Part shown: positions 8,851-18,724 of the stretch, one piece after another
Layout of the letters: the number at the start of each line of letters is the position of its first letter
How positions within the stretch are numbered: the stretch's first letter is position 1
From: Acidimicrobiales bacterium
Lineage (GTDB): Bacteria; Actinomycetota; Acidimicrobiia; Acidimicrobiales; SZUA-35
Length of the DNA stretch: 64,000 bases
Assembly: GCA_033851875.1 (NCBI GenBank)
Contig: JAWSVN010000044.1
Location: 115-64,114 of the forward strand
Reading direction: 5' to 3'
Notes under the pieces: generated by a model
Told to the model about the DNA's origin: nothing
The model's database searches: none
The model's input: only the letters and a program-made list of their open reading frames with translations
Program-made: the position numbers and the translations under genes

Positions 8851-11298
8851 TCAGATCGGTTCGACGAGGTGGCGGGCTTCGATCAGGTGGGCCATGTCGT
8901 CACTCGACAGCACCGGCGACACCCAGCGACCCTGGCCGCGGGTGCAGCCGAGTTCGAGCAGCTCGTCACGCTGCACTGCGGTGTCGACGCCGGCGGCGGT
9001 GATCCGCAGCCCGGCGTTGTCGGCGAGGGAGATCAGCGACGCCACGAGGGTGCGGCTCGACAGCCGGTTGGTGAGGTCGCTGGTGAGGGCCAGGTCGATC
9101 TTCACCGCGTCGATCGCATAGCGAGGCAGGCGGTCGACCGAGTGCCGATCGGCGCCGAAGCGGTCGAGGGTGACCGGCGTGCCGATCTCACGGAACGCGT
9201 CGAAGGAGCGTCGCAGGATCTCGCTGTCTTCGGCGAGGATGGCTTCGGGCACCTCGATCCGGAAGTTCGACGCCCGCAGTCGGCCACCGCTGAACGCGGT
9301 GCGGCACAGTGCCTGGCTACGCGAGTCGGTGAAGACGTCGGGGGTCAGGTTGATCGCGAGTTCGAGGTCGGTGACGCCGAGCCCCGCGGCCAGCCACTCG
9401 TCGGCGAGCTCGGCGGCGCGGGTGACCACCCACTGGTCGATCTGGGTGGCGAACCCGGAGGTGCGGGCGAGGGGGAGGAACTCGGCCGGCGGGATGACGC
9501 CCCGCTCGGGGTGACGCCAGCGGACGGTGGCCTCCATGCCGGTCAGCGAGCCGGTCGACAGGTCGGCGACCGGCCACCACTGGAGTTCGAGGTGGTTGCG
9601 GGCGACGGCCTGGCGCAGTTCGGCCAACACCGAGCTCTTCTCCTCGACGGCGTCGAGCGATTCGTCGGTCACTCGAACGGCGCGGCCCTTGCCCATCGCC
9701 TTGGCTCGGTACATGGCGATGTCGGCTTCCTTGATGAGGCGTTCGCCCGACTGTTCCGAGTCGCCCGACGAGACGCCGATCGACGCCGAGATCGACACTT
9801 CGACGTTCGAGACGATGAAGGGGAGCTCGAGGGCGCCGACCACCCGCTCGGCCAACCGTTCGGCCTCGAGGATGCCCATCTGACGCAGCACGATCACGAA
9901 TTCGTCGCCTCCGAGCCGGGCCAGGAAGTCGTTCGGCCGGAGCACGTCGCGGAGCCGCTCGGCGACACGGACCAGCAGTTCGTCACCGGCGCCGTGGCCG
10001 TGGTTGTCGTTGACCGCCTTGAAGCCGTCGAGGTCGACGAAGAGCACGGCGACGACGTCCTCGGTCTCGAGCACCTCGTCGAGTTCGCCGATGAGCTGCT
10101 GCCGGTTCGGGAGGCCGGTGAGGGCGTCGTGGGTGGCCTGGTAGGCGAGCTGCGCTTCGACGCGTTCCCGGCGGGCGATGTCCTCGGCCAGGGCTTCGGT
10201 CATGTCGTCGAAGGCGTGGGACAGCCGCCCCAGCTCGTCGTGGCGTGGGTCGCCGGTGCGGACGGTGAGGTCGCCGCTGGCGACGGCCTCGGCGAGCGAA
10301 GTCATGCGTCCGAGACGGCGAGCGAAGCTACGGAAGGCGACCGCCACCACGGCCAGGATCATCAGGCCGGCGGCGACGAAGACGATGATCACCGCTGAGC
10401 GGACCCGATCGAGCTCGGCGTAGGCGACCGACTGGTGTTCCTCGACCACGACCACCCAGCCGGGGTCGCTGCCGACGCGGGCGGCGCCCTGGACGACGTC
10501 GATCCCCAACTCGTCGACGGCCTCGACCGCCGGGTCGTCGGCGCCGGCCACCGGGCTCGAGGCGAGCGCGATCGTCTGTCCGGTCTGGGTGCTGTCGGAG
10601 CGGAGCACCGCCACGTAGGAGCCGTTGCTCTGTTGCTGGAGGACCAGCGTGCGTTCGGCGAGCCGGACGTTCGACGGGTCGACCACGCCGGCGAGGAGCG
10701 TGGTGATGTCCCACTCGGTGACGATCTGCACGCCCACGCCGCCGTTCGGCGGGGCCACGCTGCGGACGATGGCGAGGTGCTGGGCGCCGCTCGGGGCCGT
10801 GAAGGCCTCGCCCACCACGAGGGTGCGCTGCCCGACCTCGATGCGGAGCGCTTCGGCCTCGGGCGACAGGTCGCCCTGGGCCTGGATCCCGCCGCCACCG
10901 TTCGACACGACCGACAGGCCGACGAGGCCGTCGGTCCGGAACCGCCCCCACACCAGCTCGGTGTAGGTCTGGAGCTGGGAGGTCGTGCCGCTGGCCCCAT
11001 CGAGCCTCGACTGCTGCTCGATCAGTTCCTGGAAGGTCTGGTCATCGGCGATCGACTCCACGGCGTCGGTGGCAGCCGCCAGAGCGGTGGCCACACCGTC
11101 GGCCTCGACCCGGGCCGCCAGGCCGGCGTTGGAGAGCACGGCCTCCTTGAGGAGATTCGACGAGATCGCCGCCACCTGGATGCCGAGGGAAACCACCGGC
11201 ACACAGGCCGCCAGGATCGCCAAACCCACCTTCTGACCCAGGCGAAGGTGGCGCCAGAGCCGGGCGGGCCCTCGTGCGGCGGTGGGGTCGGTCATCAC
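8851..11298 (-). CDS. membrane sensor protein with HAMP, GGDEF and divergent EAL domains
   Basis: Two TM segments flank a periplasmic region of about 250 aa. An intact 'RLGGDEF' has an RxxD ('RPND') five residues upstream. The EAL-type domain shows 'EATVRW', 'DRFGAD', 'VKID', 'AAGVD' and 'GQG'. Confidence 0.9.
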   Translation of the reverse strand: MMTDPTAARGPARLWRHLRLGQKVGLAILAACVPVVSLGIQVAAISSNLLKEAVLSNAGLAARVEADGVATALAAATDAVESIADDQTFQELIEQQSRLDGASGTTSQLQTYTELVWGRFRTDGLVGLSVVSNGGGGIQAQGDLSPEAEALRIEVGQRTLVVGEAFTAPSGAQHLAIVRSVAPPNGGVGVQIVTEWDITTLLAGVVDPSNVRLAERTLVLQQQSNGSYVAVLRSDSTQTGQTIALASSPVAGADDPAVEAVDELGIDVVQGAARVGSDPGWVVVVEEHQSVAYAELDRVRSAVIIVFVAAGLMILAVVAVAFRSFARRLGRMTSLAEAVASGDLTVRTGDPRHDELGRLSHAFDDMTEALAEDIARRERVEAQLAYQATHDALTGLPNRQQLIGELDEVLETEDVVAVLFVDLDGFKAVNDNHGHGAGDELLVRVAERLRDVLRPNDFLARLGGDEFVIVLRQMGILEAERLAERVVGALELPFIVSNVEVSISASIGVSSGDSEQSGERLIKEADIAMYRAKAMGKGRAVRVTDESLDAVEEKSSVLAELRQAVARNHLELQWWPVADLSTGSLTGMEATVRWRHPERGVIPPAEFLPLARTSGFATQIDQWVVTRAAELADEWLAAGLGVTDLELAINLTPDVFTDSRSQALCRTAFSGGRLRASNFRIEVPEAILAEDSEILRRSFDAFREIGTPVTLDRFGADRHSVDRLPRYAIDAVKIDLALTSDLTNRLSSRTLVASLISLADNAGLRITAAGVDTAVQRDELLELGCTRGQGRWVSPVLSSDDMAHLIEARHLVEPI

Positions 11299-11328
11299 CG
11301 CTCCCCATCGGCTGCAATCGCCCGGACT

Positions 11329-12144
11329 TCAGCGGTGGATGTCGCCCTCGCTGTCGCGCAGCGACGGCGCCAGACGACCCGATCGCAGGGCGATGATCTC
11401 GGCGCAGATCGAGATCGCGGTCTCCTCGGGCGTGCGGGCGCCCAGATCGAGGCCGATCGGAGCCATCACTCTCGCCAGTTCCCCCTGGTCGACGCCTTGT
11501 TCGAGCAGTCGCCGGTTGCGGTCGTCGGTGGTGCGTCGCGACCCCATCGCCCCGAGGTAGCCCACCCCTGTCCGGAGCGACGCGGTGACGGCGGGAACGT
11601 CGAACTTCGGATCGTGGGTGAGGACACACACCGCGTCCCGAGGGCCGAGGTCGTCGCCGACCTTCTCCAGGAGGCGGTGGGGCCAATCGACCACCACCTC
11701 GTCGGCGAACGGAAAGCGCTGCTTGGTGGCGAAGACCGGACGGGCATCGCAGACCGTCACCCGGTAGCCGAGCACCTTGGCCACCCGGCACAGGGCGGCC
11801 GTGAAGTCGACGGCACCGAAGATCAGCATCTGGGGCGGCGGAGCGAAGGTCTCGACGAAGACCGACACCTCGTCCTGGCGGGCCTCCCCGTTGGGGCCGT
11901 AGTGACGGATTCCCGACGTGCCGGCGGCCAGCTCCCCCCACAGGTCGCGCCCGGCGACCCGGTCGAGGTCGGGGTTGCCGAGGGAGCCGTGCTCCTCGCC
12001 GTCGTCGCCGCCGTGGGCGCCCCGGACCAGCAGCTTGGCACCGGTGTGGGGGCCGCCGACCACGGTGGCCAGGGCGACGGGGCGTTCTGCCTTGATGTCG
12101 ACGGCGATGAGGTCGAACAGGCTGGGGGTCGACGCGTCGCTCAT
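11329..12144 (-). CDS. XdhC/CoxI family molybdenum-hydroxylase maturation protein
   Basis: Internal ATG 12144 of ORF 11329..12429. 'ALATVVGG...GAKLLV' is the N-terminal domain and 'MLIFGAVDFTAALCRVAKVLGYRVTVCDARP' the Rossmann-like C-terminal domain. Shares one nucleotide with the upstream stop (TGATG). Confidence 0.85.
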   Translation of the reverse strand: MSDASTPSLFDLIAVDIKAERPVALATVVGGPHTGAKLLVRGAHGGDDGEEHGSLGNPDLDRVAGRDLWGELAAGTSGIRHYGPNGEARQDEVSVFVETFAPPPQMLIFGAVDFTAALCRVAKVLGYRVTVCDARPVFATKQRFPFADEVVVDWPHRLLEKVGDDLGPRDAVCVLTHDPKFDVPAVTASLRTGVGYLGAMGSRRTTDDRNRRLLEQGVDQGELARVMAPIGLDLGARTPEETAISICAEIIALRSGRLAPSLRDSEGDIHR

Positions 12145-12458
12145 CACCAGTCGAGGGGTTCGAGGTAGAGGTGGATCGTGCCGCCGCAGGTGAGGCCGAC
12201 GGCGAACGCCTCGTCGTCGGAGTAGCCGAAGGTCACGATCCGTCGTTCGCCGGACTCGATGATGTCGAGGGCCTCGGTGACGACGGCCCCCTCCACACAG
12301 CCTCCGCTGACCGACCCGGCCACCTGGCCGTCGTCGGCCACGGCCATGGCCGCACCGGGGAGCCGCGGTCCCGAGCCCTCGATGTCGACGACGCGGGCCA
12401 GCGCGACGCGCTTGCCCTGCTTCCGCCACCGCTCGAGGTCGCTCAGGATCTCGCGCAT
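12144..12458 (-). CDS. XdhC_CoxI N-terminal-domain-only protein
   Basis: Internal ATG 12458. 'VALARVVDIEGSGPRLPGAAMAV...GSVSGGCVEGAV' matches the XdhC N-terminal domain. Confidence 0.75.
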   Translation of the reverse strand: MREILSDLERWRKQGKRVALARVVDIEGSGPRLPGAAMAVADDGQVAGSVSGGCVEGAVVTEALDIIESGERRIVTFGYSDDEAFAVGLTCGGTIHLYLEPLDW

Positions 12459-12492
12459 CGTTGGTGTCCTTCTCCTGATGCTCCGGGTGGGG

Positions 12493-13320
12493 TCAGCTGA
12501 TGCCGGCCTCGGTGAGGGCCCGACCGACCAGCACCCGTGCCAGGTGCTGGCGGAAGTCGACCGAGGCGTTGAGGTCGCTGGAGGGCTCCATGCCCTCGGC
12601 GGCCAGTTCGGCGGCCTCGGCGGCCGAGGCGCCACCGGCGAGGGCGTCCTCGACGGCGGTGGCCCGGATCGGGGTCGGGTGCATGTTGACCAGCGAGACG
12701 CGGGCCCCGCTGTCGGTTGCCTGGGCCGACACGCCCACGATGGCCCAGTCCTGGGCTCGCCGGTTCATCTTCTGGAAGCTCCAGCCGGAGCCGGTCGCCT
12801 TCGGGATCTTGATCTCGGTGATCATCTCGGTCGGCTCGAGGCTCGACTCGAGGAAGCCGGCGAACAGCTCGGTGGCCGGCACCTCACGGGTGCCGTTGGG
12901 TCCCTGCACCACGACGACACCGTCGAGGGCGAGGAGCACCGACGGGTGGTCGGCGGCGGCGTCGGCGTGGGCCAGCGATCCGCCGAAGGTGCCGCGATGG
13001 CGGACCTGCGGGTCGCCGACCTTCGAGGTCGCGTGCTGCAGGAGCGGGGCGTGGGACGCCACGAGGTCGCTGGTCTCGATCATGCGGTGGCTGGTGAGGG
13101 CACCGATGGCGAGATGGTCGCCGGCGTCGTTGATGTAGCGGAGGTCGTCGAGACGGTCGATGTCGACGATCACCGACGGGTACGCGAGCCGCAGCTTCAT
13201 CATCGGCAGCAGGGAGTGGCCGCCGGCCATCAGCTTGGCCTCGTCGCCGTGCTCGGCGAGGACGGCGATCGCAGCGTCGGCCGACTCGGCCCGCTGGTAA
13301 TCGAAGGAGACGGGGATCAC
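12493..13320 (-). CDS. coxM: molybdenum hydroxylase FAD-binding medium subunit (CoxM/XdhB-like)
   Basis: The GTG start at 13320 overlaps the coxS stop (GTGA). '[15 protein letters not shown]' and '[12 protein letters not shown]' are FAD-binding motifs. Confidence 0.88.
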   Translation of the reverse strand: MIPVSFDYQRAESADAAIAVLAEHGDEAKLMAGGHSLLPMMKLRLAYPSVIVDIDRLDDLRYINDAGDHLAIGALTSHRMIETSDLVASHAPLLQHATSKVGDPQVRHRGTFGGSLAHADAAADHPSVLLALDGVVVVQGPNGTREVPATELFAGFLESSLEPTEMITEIKIPKATGSGWSFQKMNRRAQDWAIVGVSAQATDSGARVSLVNMHPTPIRATAVEDALAGGASAAEAAELAAEGMEPSSDLNASVDFRQHLARVLVGRALTEAGIS

Positions 13321-13778
13321 TGGGCACCTCCGGAAGCGGTCAGGACGGCCTTCACGATGTTGTGGTAGCCGGTACAGCGACACAGGTTGCCCTCGAGGCC
13401 CTCGCGCACCTCGTCCTCGGACGGGTTCGGGTTCTCGTCGAGCAGCGAGATCGAGGCCATCACCATGCCCGGCGTGCAGTAGCCGCACTGCAGGGCGTGG
13501 CACTCCATGAAGGCCTGCTGCATCGGGTGGAGTTCCTCGCCGTCGGCGAGTCCTTCGATCGTGGTGACCCCCCGACCGTCGGCCTGGACGGCCAGCATCG
13601 TGCACGACTTCACCGCTTCCCCGTCGAGGTGGACGGTGCAGGCACCACACGACGAGGTGTCGCAACCGATGTTCGTGCCGGTCAGGCCGGCGACCTCGCG
13701 GATGTAGTGCACCAGCAGCGTGCGTGGCTCGACGTCGTGCTTCTGCTCGACGCCGTTGATCGTGACGGTGATCTCCAC
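13317..13778 (-). CDS. coxS: (2Fe-2S)-binding small subunit of a molybdenum hydroxylase (CoxS-like)
   Basis: '[12 protein letters not shown]', 'CGYCTPGM' and 'CRCTGY' cysteine motifs. I chose GTG 13778 because AGGAGG lies 5 nt upstream; the ORF-track start 13820 is the alternative. Confidence 0.9.
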   Translation of the reverse strand: MEITVTINGVEQKHDVEPRTLLVHYIREVAGLTGTNIGCDTSSCGACTVHLDGEAVKSCTMLAVQADGRGVTTIEGLADGEELHPMQQAFMECHALQCGYCTPGMVMASISLLDENPNPSEDEVREGLEGNLCRCTGYHNIVKAVLTASGGAQ

Positions 13779-13840
13779 CGTGACCTCCTGGGTGTTGGCT
13801 CCCGAAGTCGCGCAGGGCACGGCGGGCTCGGGTCGTCAGG

Positions 13841-13856
13841 TGTTACAACTATCACA
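13841..13856. promoter_or_regulatory. candidate CRP/FNR-family operator (TGTTA-N6-TCACA) upstream of coxS
   Basis: tgttacaactatcaca is the only AT-rich patch in the coxS upstream region. It is one mismatch from the TGTGA-N6-TCACA consensus and lies about 65-80 nt upstream of the coxS start. Confidence 0.3.
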
Positions 13857-13924
13857 CCCCGGACGACTGGAACGAACGCGTCGCAGCAGCGACGAACGGT
13901 GCCCGCGGGCCACCGGTCGCTCGA

Positions 13925-14269
13925 TCAGTCGGACGGGGCAGGAAGGATACGGAAACTCTCCTCGCCTGGGTAGACGAGGTCGAAGTTCTGCCGAGCCTGC
14001 CGCTCGATCTCGGCGTCGGTCAGGAGCAGATCGAGTTCGGCCTGCAGCGCTTCGACGTCGGCCTGCACCTCGCCGAGTTCCGCCGTCGTGCGGTCGATTG
14101 CATCACGCTGAGCCACCCAGGTCCGGGCGGGCAGGGCACCGAGCCCGACCACGATCCCGACGATCGCGACGACGCCGAGGAGGGTCGGCCCCGAGGTGCG
14201 CGCCCGAGCGGCCACCACGCTGAGCGTGGCACGGCTCGGCAGAGACAGCACCGCTGGCAGAGACAGCAC
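13925..14269 (-). CDS. septum formation initiator family protein (FtsB/DivIC-like)
   Basis: TM segment 'LLGVVAIVGIVVGL', a coiled coil, and 'AEIERQARQNFDLVYPGEESFRI'. The start is uncertain: GTG at 14269 or 14251. It must lie below the eno stop at 14328. Confidence 0.75.
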   Translation of the reverse strand: MLSLPAVLSLPSRATLSVVAARARTSGPTLLGVVAIVGIVVGLGALPARTWVAQRDAIDRTTAELGEVQADVEALQAELDLLLTDAEIERQARQNFDLVYPGEESFRILPAPSD

Positions 14270-14275
14270 CGCTGG
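14238..14275 (-). repeat. perfect 18-bp tandem duplication (encodes PAVLSL x2) at the 5' end of the ftsB-like gene
   Basis: ggcagagacagcaccgct occurs twice in tandem, read directly from the sequence. Confidence 0.9.
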
Positions 14276-14327
14276 ACGACGCAGCTTCAGACGCCGGGTT
14301 GCTTCGTTGGCCGCCACCGGGCGGGTC

Positions 14328-15650
<1,323 letters not shown>

Positions 15651-15750
15651 CTAGCAGGAGGCCCGGGGGCACATGTACCAACCGCGGACATTTCGCCATT
15701 CCGACCGCGTGACGTCGCTGACACGGGCCCGAAGACGTCGCCGTCGACGG

Positions 15751-18507
15751 TCAGGGCGTGACGCGTTGCGCGTACTCCGGGCTGATGAGGAAGCCGTGGA
15801 TCATGCGCAACAACTCGTTGCGATCGCCGTTGACCTGCCCGACCCAGAACTCGTAGCCGGAGCTGTCCGGGAGTCGATCGAGGAGGCCGCGGTAGGTCAT
15901 CACCACGTCGACGTGCGCCGCCGTCTTGGCGATGTACTCCGGCGACTCCGAGAAGTTGGTCATCATCGTGCCTCGGTCCATGCCGCCGGCGAGCTGCGCC
16001 GTCCAGAAGACCAGCCCCCCGGCGTCGGGCTGACGCTCCAGCACCCGCTCGTAGACGAGCCGCACGAACGCTTCGTCGCCGAGACTTCCGTAGGTGTCCT
16101 GGAACTCCTGGCTGGCAGCGAACGATGCCGAGACGTGGTTGATCGAGCTGGCGCCGGTGGCGAGGCGGTTGGCCCAGAAGTCGAAGCCACCGAGGTCGGG
16201 ATCACGCCCGAAGTACGCCTCGTAGAGCCGCACGATCGATCGACGCGGGGCGAACTCGGGCGAGTCCATGAACGTCGCGATGAGATGGGCCGCGTTCGAA
16301 CCGTCGAGGTTGGTGCTGTTCACGTAGAACGCCAGCCCGCCGGCGTCGGCGGCGCGTCCGAGGAAGTCGGAGTACTGCTGGCGCACGAATCCGTCACGGT
16401 CGTCGAAGGGCGGGAAGCCACGGACGGCGACCTGACCAGAGGTCGCCGTCGACGAACCGGCGGCCGTCACGGCCGTGATCGAGGCGAAGTAGGTGCCGGC
16501 TGGCATCGGCCCGATCACAGCGCTCGTCACGGTGGCCGGCACCGTTTGGGTGATGCCTGCGATCTCGACGGTGTACTCGGTGATCGGCAGGCCGCCGGTG
16601 TCCTGCGGGGGCTCCCAGTCGATGCTGATGAAGGGCCCGAACGGCAGCGGGCTGAAGTCGCCCGCCGCCAGCCGGGTCACCGATTCGAGGGTGATCTGGG
16701 TCGGGCCGGGGCTCGTCGGCACATCGACGACCGCGGAGAACGGGGAGTTGCCCCCGAAGCCGGCCTCGTTGCCGGCTTGGAGACGGAAGCGATAGTCACC
16801 GCGGTCGAGCGAGGACGGGATCTCGTAGCTCGCCGTGCCGCCCGAGACGTCGACGTCGTCGACGGCGACGTCGATCGGCGCCAAGGCCTCGCCGTTGCGC
16901 TCGATCCTGAGCCGGAAGGTGTCGATCGGCGTGCCGGTGTTGGAAGGGAGCGTCCAGCTGACGGTGACCTTCACGCCGTCCACCGTCGACACCGAGCCGG
17001 CCACGCCGCTCGGTGTGCCGGGCACGGCGTCTGCGGTGACGTTGAGCGCCGAATCCCGAGAACCTCCGGCGTTGGTCGCCGTGACCGTCGCGGTGTAGGT
17101 CGTACCCGGGTTCATGCCGGTGACCGTCGCGCTGCGACCGCTGATCGCCGCCGACGGGCCGGTCGGGGCAAAGCTCACGCTGTAGGTGGGGTCGGGGGCA
17201 CCGCCCGGATCCGACCACGTCAGCTCGACCGAGGTGGCGGAGATCGCCGAGGCCGACACGGTGAACGCCCCCGGCGCGATCGGGTCGGTCGCCACCGAGT
17301 TGGAGGCAGCCGAGGCGGTACCGGTGCCGACCGCGTTCGTGGCGGTGACTGTGAAGGTGTACGAGGTGGCCGCGGCGAGTCCGTTCACGGTCGCCGTGGT
17401 GGCGCCGGTTGTCGTCGCCGTCGCGCCGCCCGGCGACGCAGTCACCGTGTATCCCGTCACCGGCGATCCGCCGTCCGACCCCGGTGCGGTCCAGGCGACA
17501 TCGATCGAATCGGTCGAGGGGTTCGACGCCGCCACGCCGGTCGGTGCATCCGGGGCCGTCGCCGGTGGGTCGTCGGTGGAGCTCGGGGCCGAGGGGGTCG
17601 AGGCCGGGCCGCTCCCCGCGGCGTTCATGGCGACGACCGTGAAGGTGTAGGCCGTCGATGCAGAGAGGCCCGTCACGGTCGCCGTCGTGTCGCTGCCGCC
17701 TGCGACCACGTTCGAGCCGCCGGGCGACGCCGTCACCGTGTAGCCGGTGATCGCGCCCCCGCCGTTGTCGGCGGGCGGGGTCCATGAGACCTCGATCGTG
17801 GAGACGGTCGGGTTGGCGCCCGACACGCCGGTCGGTGCGCCCGGGACACCGACGGTCGAGATCGCGCCGGAGGGCGTCGACGCCAGGCTGTCGCCCACCG
17901 CGTTCGTCGCCACGACGACGAACGTGTAGGCCGTACCCGACGACAGCCCGGGCACGATCACCGACGTGTCGCCACCGCCGGCGGCAGCCGTGGCCCCGCC
18001 GGGCATGGCCTCGACGGTGTAGCTGGTGATCGGCGTACCGCCGTCGTCGGCGGGTGGCGTCCACGACACGAGCATCGAGGTGGCGGTGGGGCTCGAGCCC
18101 GCAACCCCTGTCGGAGAGGTCGGGACGTCGAATGTGGTCACGGTGCCGGAGGATCCGGCGGCCGAGTCGCCATCCGAGGCCGAGTTGGCGACGACGCTGA
18201 AGGTGTAGGTCTCGCCTGGCGTGAGGCCGGTCATGGCGACGGTCGTGGTCACGTCGTCGACGCTCGCAGACGTCGAGGGCGGCGAGGAGGTGATCGTGTA
18301 GCCGTCGAGGGTCGCTCCGTTGAGGGCGGGGGCGTCCCACGACACCGTCACCTCGGTGCTGGAGACGACGACGCCGGCGACGTTGCCGGGCGCATCGGGT
18401 GGCGCCGCGGCCACCGGAGCAGCCGGGCCCGCGATCACCGCCACGACCGCCAACAGCGCAAGGAGGATCTTGGGCAGCGCCTTCGGACGCCCACTGCGTG
18501 AATCCAT
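15751..18507 (-). CDS. secreted protein with seven fibronectin type III domains and a C-terminal DUF4214-type repeat region
   Basis: Start at ATG 18507, giving a signal peptide 'KILLALLAVVAVIAGPAAPVAAA'. Seven 'W(D/T/S/E)xP...Y(T/S)(F/A)' FN3 units. Four C-terminal 'Y..(L/F)(G/E/D)R.(P/A)D..G..(F/Y)(W/Y)' repeats. Confidence 0.85.
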   Translation of the reverse strand: MDSRSGRPKALPKILLALLAVVAVIAGPAAPVAAAPPDAPGNVAGVVVSSTEVTVSWDAPALNGATLDGYTITSSPPSTSASVDDVTTTVAMTGLTPGETYTFSVVANSASDGDSAAGSSGTVTTFDVPTSPTGVAGSSPTATSMLVSWTPPADDGGTPITSYTVEAMPGGATAAAGGGDTSVIVPGLSSGTAYTFVVVATNAVGDSLASTPSGAISTVGVPGAPTGVSGANPTVSTIEVSWTPPADNGGGAITGYTVTASPGGSNVVAGGSDTTATVTGLSASTAYTFTVVAMNAAGSGPASTPSAPSSTDDPPATAPDAPTGVAASNPSTDSIDVAWTAPGSDGGSPVTGYTVTASPGGATATTTGATTATVNGLAAATSYTFTVTATNAVGTGTASAASNSVATDPIAPGAFTVSASAISATSVELTWSDPGGAPDPTYSVSFAPTGPSAAISGRSATVTGMNPGTTYTATVTATNAGGSRDSALNVTADAVPGTPSGVAGSVSTVDGVKVTVSWTLPSNTGTPIDTFRLRIERNGEALAPIDVAVDDVDVSGGTASYEIPSSLDRGDYRFRLQAGNEAGFGGNSPFSAVVDVPTSPGPTQITLESVTRLAAGDFSPLPFGPFISIDWEPPQDTGGLPITEYTVEIAGITQTVPATVTSAVIGPMPAGTYFASITAVTAAGSSTATSGQVAVRGFPPFDDRDGFVRQQYSDFLGRAADAGGLAFYVNSTNLDGSNAAHLIATFMDSPEFAPRRSIVRLYEAYFGRDPDLGGFDFWANRLATGASSINHVSASFAASQEFQDTYGSLGDEAFVRLVYERVLERQPDAGGLVFWTAQLAGGMDRGTMMTNFSESPEYIAKTAAHVDVVMTYRGLLDRLPDSSGYEFWVGQVNGDRNELLRMIHGFLISPEYAQRVTP
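16420..18402 (-). repeat. in-frame array of 7 divergent FN3-coding units
   Basis: Periodicity is visible in the translated protein. The DNA copies are diverged, not identical. Confidence 0.75.
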
Positions 18508-18724
18508 GGAGAGAGTCTGCCCGATCGCTGGCACCCAACGATGTCGTCGGAGCGGATTTCCCTCCGCTGCGCGTGCCTGACCAGCGAAAATGCCACCAAG
18601 CGCGGTGGGGTCGCCGCTCACGGTTCACCTTGCGTCGGACGCGACGTTCCGCCCCGGTGGGAGCCCGGCAACGAATCTCGACGCCCTGCCGTCACCGAGC
18701 GGGCCGACGTGACACGATGGGCCG

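Noticed and set aside
8821-12168. 525-aa and 577-aa plus-strand ORFs
   Set aside because: They are antisense to the GGDEF-EAL and XdhC genes, both of which show clear motifs. They are shadow ORFs.
16420-18402. Periodic repeats considered as a CRISPR-like array (likewise 37118..37280 and 3375..3437)
   Set aside because: All are in-frame coding repeats (FN3 modules, APTTAA linker, NGTAS tail). They have no spacer/repeat alternation and no cas genes nearby.
15673-18628. 704-aa (+) and 610-aa (-) ORFs overlapping the FN3 gene
   Set aside because: They are antisense or out of frame relative to the FN3/DUF4214 gene. Their composition is dominated by Arg/Gly/Asp, and they lack the domain periodicity seen in the accepted frame.
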